DNA of 64,000 bases from Paralcaligenes sp. Its GTDB lineage: Bacteria > Pseudomonadota > Gammaproteobacteria > Burkholderiales > Burkholderiaceae_B. The stretch spans positions 17,359 through 81,358 of the forward strand of contig JBDTLC010000017.1 in the NCBI GenBank assembly GCA_039935015.1, given 5' to 3'. Positions 58,063 to 64,000 of the stretch are shown here, piece by piece (positions within the stretch are counted from its first letter, which is position 1; the number at the start of each line of letters is the position of its first letter). The notes under the pieces were generated by a model. The model was not told the origin of the DNA. It was given only the letters and a program-made list of their open reading frames with translations, and did no database searches. A program made the position numbers and the translations under genes.

Positions 58063-59223
58063 ATGCAAATCCGTCATTTATTGAAAGTCCTGCCTGCACT
58101 GCTAATCGGCGCAAGCCTGGCTAGCACCGTCTACGCCGCCGATATCAAAATTGGTATTGCCGAAGCATTGACCGGACCGGCAGGCAAGTACGGCGTCGCC
58201 ATAAAGAACGGTTTTACGCTGGCTGCCGACGAAATCAACGCCAAAGGCGGCGTAAACGGCGACAAGCTCGCGCTTATTGTTGAAGATGAACAAGGCAAAA
58301 AAGAAGAAGCCATCAACGTCTTTAAAAAACTGATTTTCCAGGACAAAGTACTCATGGTGTTCGGCCCTACCCTGTCGAACTCCGCGTTCGCAGCCGACCC
58401 CATCGCCAATTCAGCCAAGGTCGTCGTGTTCGGCACCAGCAATACGGCTGATGGCATCACCCAGATGGGGCCGTATACCTTCCGCAATTCCGTCATGGAG
58501 GCCGACGTTTTGCCAGTTAGCACACGCGCGGCCGTCAAGCATTTCCATATTAAGAAAGTGGCGGTCATCTATGGCAATGACGACGCGTTTACCAAAGACG
58601 GCTACAACGTCTTCAAGGCCACTCTTGCGGCGCAGAAAATTCCGGTTACTGACACCGAAGCCTATGCTAAAGGCGATGTCGACTTCAAGGCGCAGCTTAC
58701 CAAAATGAAGGCTGGCAATCCTGATGCCATCGTCTGCTCCTGCCTGGCCGAAGAAGCCGGCAACATCATTTTACAAGCCAGGTCACTGGGCATGAAGCAG
58801 CCTTTCATAGGCGGCAATGGCCTTAATTCGCCCAAACTGTTCGACATTGCCAAAGATGCGGCCGATAACTCTATCATGGGTAGCCCATGGTCTTCGGAAA
58901 ACACTGCGCCGGCCAATCAGGCATTCATCAAGGCATATCAGGCCAAATTCAATATGGCCCCCGACCAGTTTGCAGCTCAGGCCTACGACGCGATGAATAT
59001 CGTGGCCGCAACACTCAAGACCATCAAGCTAAGCGGCAATCTGGCCAAAGATCGTGAAGCCTTGCGTGTCGCATTGCCTCATACCAAATGGGACGGCGCT
59101 ACCGGCAAATTCGCGTTCCGCCCAGCCCCGGCATCCAAGACAGGTAAGGCGGTCGGTTATGATGCTCAACAAGACGCCATCGTCAATATTGCCCAGCACA
59201 GTAAGTTTATAGTGCTTAAGTAA
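58063..59223 (+). CDS. Branched-chain amino acid ABC substrate-binding protein (LivJ/K-like)
   Basis: Signal peptide, EINAKGG..G, GP..S, AAQAYDA. Confidence 0.9.
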   Translation: MQIRHLLKVLPALLIGASLASTVYAADIKIGIAEALTGPAGKYGVAIKNGFTLAADEINAKGGVNGDKLALIVEDEQGKKEEAINVFKKLIFQDKVLMVFGPTLSNSAFAADPIANSAKVVVFGTSNTADGITQMGPYTFRNSVMEADVLPVSTRAAVKHFHIKKVAVIYGNDDAFTKDGYNVFKATLAAQKIPVTDTEAYAKGDVDFKAQLTKMKAGNPDAIVCSCLAEEAGNIILQARSLGMKQPFIGGNGLNSPKLFDIAKDAADNSIMGSPWSSENTAPANQAFIKAYQAKFNMAPDQFAAQAYDAMNIVAATLKTIKLSGNLAKDREALRVALPHTKWDGATGKFAFRPAPASKTGKAVGYDAQQDAIVNIAQHSKFIVLK

Positions 59224-59331
59224 GCTGGCTGCAGCGCTTAGCGAAGCCGTGCAGCGGTAGTCGTCCATCTGCAGCAAAGGCATTCTCGGTTATCCACCGA
59301 AAATGCCTTTGCTCTTACTTGTAAGCACATC

Positions 59332-60213
59332 ATGCTCGAACAACAGCTTTTCAATGCACTTTCACTGGGCAGTGTCTATGCCCTTTTCGCACTTGGCTTT
59401 ACGCTGGTCTTTGGCGTGCTCGGCGTTATCAATTTATCGCACGGCGCAATTTTCATGCTGGGCAGCTATGTGGCGCTGCTATTGGTAGAGAAGCTGTCGC
59501 TGTCGCTGCCGCTGGCCTTATTGGCCGCAATGCTGGTCACCGGCTTAATTGGATTGGTAGTCGATTATTTGATACTGCGGCCATTACGCGCGCGCAACGT
59601 GCCGCACCTAGTGCCGATGATCGCCACCATAGGCGTGGCCATCATGCTCACCAATCTAACGCAAGGATTATTCGGCACAGACAACAAGCGCTTCCCTTTC
59701 GGCACCATACCGGAAGGAAGTTTTAATTTGGGTCATTTACACGTTACAGCGGTACAGATCGGAATCATCGGAATTTCGTTCGTGTTGATGCTGGTGTTGC
59801 TGTCCATCATGCGCAAAACGCAGTTGGGACGAGCGTTGCGCGCAATTGCCGAATCACCCAGGGCGGCTTATCTACTTGGCATCAACGTCAATGGGCTTTT
59901 TTACCTGACTTCCTTTGCGGCTGCAGCATTGGGCGGCGCAGCGGGCGTGCTGGTGGGCCTGTCATTTAACGCAATTTCACCCTACATGGGACAACCAATG
60001 CTGCTCAAAGGGATTGCGGTCATTATCCTTGGTGGCATGGGAGACATTCGCGGCGCGCTGATCGGCGGGCTGTTTCTAGGTTTTGCCGAAGTGCTGACAG
60101 TGGCCTATATTTCCAGCGATTTTCGCGATGCCGTGGCGTTTGGTTTATTGTTTTTAATTTTACTGGTCAGACCTTCGGGCATGTTCGGCAAAATACTGGA
60201 AAGAAAGGCCTGA
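59332..60213 (+). CDS. livH: Branched-chain amino acid ABC permease
   Basis: GSVYALFALGFTLVFGVL..INLSHG, T.LGRALRA. Confidence 0.88.
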   Translation: MLEQQLFNALSLGSVYALFALGFTLVFGVLGVINLSHGAIFMLGSYVALLLVEKLSLSLPLALLAAMLVTGLIGLVVDYLILRPLRARNVPHLVPMIATIGVAIMLTNLTQGLFGTDNKRFPFGTIPEGSFNLGHLHVTAVQIGIIGISFVLMLVLLSIMRKTQLGRALRAIAESPRAAYLLGINVNGLFYLTSFAAAALGGAAGVLVGLSFNAISPYMGQPMLLKGIAVIILGGMGDIRGALIGGLFLGFAEVLTVAYISSDFRDAVAFGLLFLILLVRPSGMFGKILERKA

Positions 60214-60214
60214 T

Positions 60215-61084
60215 ATGCTTGATTGGTGGGATGCATTTTGGGCGACCTATAACACGGTTATTTTCAGCATAGGCGTCAACGCTTTGCTGGCGTTGTCTAT
60301 TTACGTCACCCTGGCATGCGGGCTACTATCGTTGGCCAACGCAGCGTTTATGGGCATCGGCGCCTACGCGGCCGCCATCATCAGTCTGGAAACCGGGCTG
60401 TCGTTTCCAGTAGCGTTAGCTGCGGGGACCGCTCTACCTGCGTTTGTGGCTCTTATCATCGGGATACCGACACTGCGATTGTCCGGCGTTTATCTGGCTA
60501 TGGCTACTCTGGGATTTGGCGAGGTGGTGCGGATTGTCCTGCTCAATATGACGATTACTGGTGGCCCGATGGGGCTCAATGGCATACCGTTAAAAACCGA
60601 GTTCTGGCAGATTGTCCTTTTGTTGGCAATAGTCTTATATATTTTGGGACGTCTACGGCGATCGAAAATTGGACGGGCCTTCGAGGCCATCAAGGCTGAT
60701 GAAGTGGCCGCGCAGTTGATGGGAATTAATGTTTCGGGCCACAAGTTGTTTGCATTTGTGCTGGGCGGTGCCATTGCGGGCCTGGCGGGCGGCCTTAACG
60801 CCCATTACACATTTACCATCGGGCCTGGCAATTACGCATTTGAGAGCGCTGTGGATATCCTCACCATGGCTGTATTTGGCGGCATCAGCAATCTGATCGG
60901 GCCGACGGTGGGCGCAACCATCCTGACGGTGCTTCCCGAAATACTGCGTCCTTTCAGAGACTATCGTCTTGCAATCAATGGGCTAATCCTGATTCTTGTG
61001 GTTCTATATTTACCCAATGGCATCTGGGATCCTCGGCGCATCCATGCGTTTTGGCGGCGTCGTAAAGCACGCAAGGGGCTTTGA
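60215..61084 (+). CDS. livM: Branched-chain amino acid ABC permease
   Basis: LRL.G.YLAMATLGFGE, TGG..G, S..GRA..AI. Confidence 0.88.
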   Translation: MLDWWDAFWATYNTVIFSIGVNALLALSIYVTLACGLLSLANAAFMGIGAYAAAIISLETGLSFPVALAAGTALPAFVALIIGIPTLRLSGVYLAMATLGFGEVVRIVLLNMTITGGPMGLNGIPLKTEFWQIVLLLAIVLYILGRLRRSKIGRAFEAIKADEVAAQLMGINVSGHKLFAFVLGGAIAGLAGGLNAHYTFTIGPGNYAFESAVDILTMAVFGGISNLIGPTVGATILTVLPEILRPFRDYRLAINGLILILVVLYLPNGIWDPRRIHAFWRRRKARKGL

Positions 61085-61845
61085 TGCTGCAATTTAATCA
61101 AATCAGCAAAGAATTCGGCGGGCTAAGAGTGCTCGACAACGTCACTTTCGAAGTACCCGAAGGCAGCATTTTTGGCCTTATCGGCCCCAATGGTGCAGGT
61201 AAAACGACGGTATTCAATCTGGCTACAGGCCTGCTGCATGCGTCGAGCGGCCATATCGACTTCAGCGGTCAAGTTCTGGACAAGCTGGCGCCGCATCAAA
61301 TTACGAGGCTGGGAATTGCCCGTACGTTCCAGAACATTCGCATATTCAAAGACACCAGCCTGCTGGAAAACGTGGTGATTGGGATGCATGGTCACCTGGA
61401 CTATGGCTTTGCTGGCTTGCTCTTTAATTCGAGCTCTTTTCGGCACATCGAAGCGGCGGCGCGTGAACGTGCACTCGAAATACTGTCTTGGGTCAAGCTC
61501 GATCATAAAGCAGATATGCTGGCCGACAGCCTTTCTTACGGGGAGCAACGCAAACTGGAATTTGCTCGTGCACTGGCTACCCAACCCAAACTGCTACTGC
61601 TCGATGAGCCGGTTGCGGGTATGAACTCGGCCGAAAAATCTGAACTCATGACACAAATTCTTAGTATCAGGCAACGAGGCTACAGTATTTTCCTGATAGA
61701 GCACGATATGCGTTTTGTCATGGGTTTGTGTGATCGCATCGCCGTGCTTAATTTCGGGCGCATTATTGCACAAGGGCCACCCGATGAAATCCGCAATAAT
61801 CCGGATGTGATCGAGGCTTATCTGGGCAAGGAAGAAGACGAATGA
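61081..61845 (+). CDS. livG: Branched-chain amino acid ABC ATP-binding protein
   Basis: GPNGAGKT, RTFQNIR, LSYGEQR, DEPVAG, IEHDM. Confidence 0.9.
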   Translation: MMLQFNQISKEFGGLRVLDNVTFEVPEGSIFGLIGPNGAGKTTVFNLATGLLHASSGHIDFSGQVLDKLAPHQITRLGIARTFQNIRIFKDTSLLENVVIGMHGHLDYGFAGLLFNSSSFRHIEAAARERALEILSWVKLDHKADMLADSLSYGEQRKLEFARALATQPKLLLLDEPVAGMNSAEKSELMTQILSIRQRGYSIFLIEHDMRFVMGLCDRIAVLNFGRIIAQGPPDEIRNNPDVIEAYLGKEEDE

Positions 61846-62555
61846 GCGAGATTTTGCGCATTGCCGATCTTGCGGTCTCCTACGGCCATATTGAAGCGGT
61901 AAAGGGCATCAGCCTGACATTGAAGGAAGGCGAAATAACGGCTCTAGTGGGCGCCAACGGAGCAGGTAAAAGCACGACATTGCTGGCGATCTCGGGTTTG
62001 TTGAAACCGACACGGGGCCAAGTGTGGCTTGACGACGTCGAGCTTAGCCAACTATCGCCGCACAAAATTGTGCGTAACGGAGTGGTGCAAGTGGCCGAAG
62101 GCCGAGCGATTCTGACAACACTGACGATCCGCGAAAATCTGGAGCTCGGCGCATATACCCGCCGCGACAACGCACAGATTGCACAGGATCTGGACTGGGT
62201 GTATTCGCTCTTTCCGGTGCTTAAGGAACGCGCTAGCGGGCTGGCTGGCAATTTATCGGGTGGCGAACAACAGATGCTGGCTATTGCACGCGCCTTGATG
62301 GCAAGGCCCAGGGTACTGCTGCTCGATGAACCGTCGATGGGTCTGGCGCCACTATTGGTGCGAGAAATTTTTCGGGTGCTTAAAGAAATCAATCGTACCG
62401 GGCTCACTATTTTCTTGGTCGAGCAAAATGTGCGCCAAGCCCTTCGCATCGCGCAGCGCGGCTATGTACTGGAAACCGGCAAGATCGTGCTCGCCGATAG
62501 TGGCGAAAACCTGCTGCGCAATCCTCGCGTGATCCAGGCCTACATGGGCGGCTAA
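61842..62555 (+). CDS. livF: Branched-chain amino acid ABC ATP-binding protein
   Basis: GANGAGKS, LSGGEQQ, DEPSMGLAP. Confidence 0.9.
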   Translation: MSEILRIADLAVSYGHIEAVKGISLTLKEGEITALVGANGAGKSTTLLAISGLLKPTRGQVWLDDVELSQLSPHKIVRNGVVQVAEGRAILTTLTIRENLELGAYTRRDNAQIAQDLDWVYSLFPVLKERASGLAGNLSGGEQQMLAIARALMARPRVLLLDEPSMGLAPLLVREIFRVLKEINRTGLTIFLVEQNVRQALRIAQRGYVLETGKIVLADSGENLLRNPRVIQAYMGG

Positions 62556-62613
62556 TGCGCACTGCTTGCGCCGCGTCGGGCGCGCTAAGATCGCCGATTT
62601 GAAGATCAAGTTC

Positions 62614-62720
62614 TGGCAGCCACAAGGGCTGCCACTACAACATTCACGAGCGCATTTTTGTAGCGGCACACTTGTGACCGCCTTTGCACGTTTTTGTAGC
62701 GGCACTCCTCGTGGGTGCCA
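62614..62720. repeat. Cluster of three GTAG-type REP-like hairpins (62614-62638 minus; 62660-62680; 62696-62720)
   Basis: GTAG-TGGCAGCC-CTTGT-GGCTGCCA; GTAG-CGGCAC-ACTT-GTGACCG; GTAG-CGGCACTC-CTCGT-GGGTGCCA. Confidence 0.7.
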
Positions 62721-62774
62721 TCTTCAAAACTGTGTAGACTTGTTATTTCAGACTGTAGCCGCGGGAGAACAAGT

Positions 62775-63416
62775 ATGATGCGTTCCCAACCTCAATTGAT
62801 CCGTGCCAAGCTCGACACATTAATGCCTACACAAATGACGGTGGGCAAAATCGAAGTGGCCATCAAACGCAAGGAATGGGCTAAGCTTGGGAAGAAGGCC
62901 CGCAGTGTCGCGTTGGCCTCCCATTGGTTTCCCAGCGTTTTGGGTGCGGACGGCCGTCATTACATTGTCGATCATCATCATTTCGGCGTGGCCTTGTTAG
63001 AGGAAGACGTCAAAACCGTAAGCCTGATGGTGTTGAAAGACCTGTCGTGGCTCACGCCAGCCAGCTTCTGGCTTGTCATGGAGCATCATCAATGGGTTCA
63101 CCCTTACGATAGTATCGGCATGCGACGCAGTTTTGATCTGATACCCACACACTTGGAACAAATGCGCGATGATCCTTACCGTAGTTTGGCCGGCCGATTG
63201 CGTAGCGCCGGCGGATATGCCAAAGATGTGACGCCCTATAGCGAATTTTTATGGGCAGATTTCTTTCGGACCCGAATTGCTTCCGAACGTTTGGCCCAGC
63301 ACTTTTCCAAGGCGCTCGCCACCGCCCTGAAATTGGCCCATAGCAAAGAGGCGCGCTATTTGCCAGGTTGGTCGGGCATCCAGGCGACCGCAATCTCGGG
63401 TAAATTGTATGATTGA
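62775..63416 (+). CDS. ParB-like nuclease-domain protein (ParBc_2 type)
   Basis: L.PTQ.TVG..EV, VDHHH, FW..M....W..P.D, DDPYRSLA, F.EF.WA.F.R pattern. Confidence 0.85.
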   Translation: MMRSQPQLIRAKLDTLMPTQMTVGKIEVAIKRKEWAKLGKKARSVALASHWFPSVLGADGRHYIVDHHHFGVALLEEDVKTVSLMVLKDLSWLTPASFWLVMEHHQWVHPYDSIGMRRSFDLIPTHLEQMRDDPYRSLAGRLRSAGGYAKDVTPYSEFLWADFFRTRIASERLAQHFSKALATALKLAHSKEARYLPGWSGIQATAISGKLYD

Positions 63417-63429
63417 CGAGTACGTTTTG

Positions 63430-63454
63430 GTAGCGGCAGCCGTTCTGGCTGCCG
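63430..63454 (+). repeat. Fourth GTAG-type REP-like hairpin (could also act as terminator between convergent genes)
   Basis: GTAG-CGGCAGCC-GTTCT-GGCTGCCG. Confidence 0.7.
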
Positions 63455-63468
63455 TTTCCTATTAATTC

Positions 63469-63999
63469 TTAAGCCTCGGCATCATCCAATTCAGCCAAGG
63501 TCGCGTTTTCGTAGCGACGAAAACGTCTAATTCCGTCCGTCGCGACATGCCATCTTCCGCAAGCCCGGTTATCCAGAAACTCCATCCGCCGCCCACCTGC
63601 CCCGATCCGATCCTCGACCGTGCCCATTGTTGGCGGCACCACACGCGGGCAAGGCGGCGCGCTCGTGCCTAATGCCAGCAGACGATCGTAGTTTTGCGCC
63701 AGCCAAAGCGCGCGATAAGCCTGCAAGGTGGCTGGCCACAGCGGCGTAACGAATCCGGCACCACCTAAAACCTTTAGCTGACTCTGCGTTAAATCTGGGG
63801 CAAATGCCAAAAAGCGGCAGTTGGGCTGCTTATCGCATGCCTGTTCTATTAATTGAGTCCAGTCGCAGGCCGGAAACGCGGTAGGGTTGCGAGGGCGGAA
63901 ACCTGTCACACCAACACTAGTCCACGTACCAAGTCGTGCGGCCCACTCATCTACCCATCCTGCCGGGGTGTGACCACCGCGAAGATGTAGCTGGACGAT
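63469..63999 (-). pseudogene. Fragment resembling the degenerate N-terminal amylase-like domain of betaproteobacterial GlgE; 5' part outside window
   Basis: Frame open to edge: W..RL..W...GV.GFR...P......W..LI.......P.C.FLA..P.L...L.GAGF....RA.WL....RL, then similarity is lost before an early stop. Confidence 0.4.
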
Positions 64000-64000
64000 T

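Noticed and set aside
62614-62720. CRISPR array
   Set aside because: Repeats are few, mixed in orientation, lack regular spacers, and no cas genes are present

Overview
Bacterial chromosomal segment, probably betaproteobacterial (Burkholderiales-like, judged from protein style only). No rRNA, tRNA, CRISPR array or transposase was seen. It has five blocks. (1) 1-7.5 kb: an egtD / SelD-N-terminal-like oxidoreductase / TIGR04283-TIGR04282 glycosyltransferase neighbourhood. It hides two pseudogene remnants absent from the ORF track (arsS radical-SAM C-terminus and a TVP38/DedA gene) that meet at one deletion junction. (2) 7.6-16 kb: a GntR-controlled catabolic module with a Liv-type ABC importer. 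(3) 16-45.7 kb: a general-stress-type island with five PRC-barrel genes, CsbD, DUF3309, a DksA paralogue, NDH-2, glucose dehydrogenase, GH144/GH39 hydrolases, a GMC-DoxX-cupin-lactonase-VOC operon, a cyoABCD quinol oxidase, and Crp/Fnr and LuxR regulators. Its promoters share a 16-bp palindrome, TGT(A/G/T)CG-N4-CG(A/C/T)ACA, found 8 times and always 20-22 nt from a -10-like hexamer. This candidate Crp/Fnr-family regulon is the top finding. (4) 45.8-57.7 kb: an AttEFGH-like ABC system and an MFS transporter converging on a type III PKS-methyltransferase-flavoprotein-ACP-ketosynthase cluster. (5) 58-64 kb: a second Liv-type ABC system, a ParB-like gene flanked by GTAG-type REP hairpins, and a truncated GlgE-like fragment. 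All family calls come from motif recognition, not database searches.
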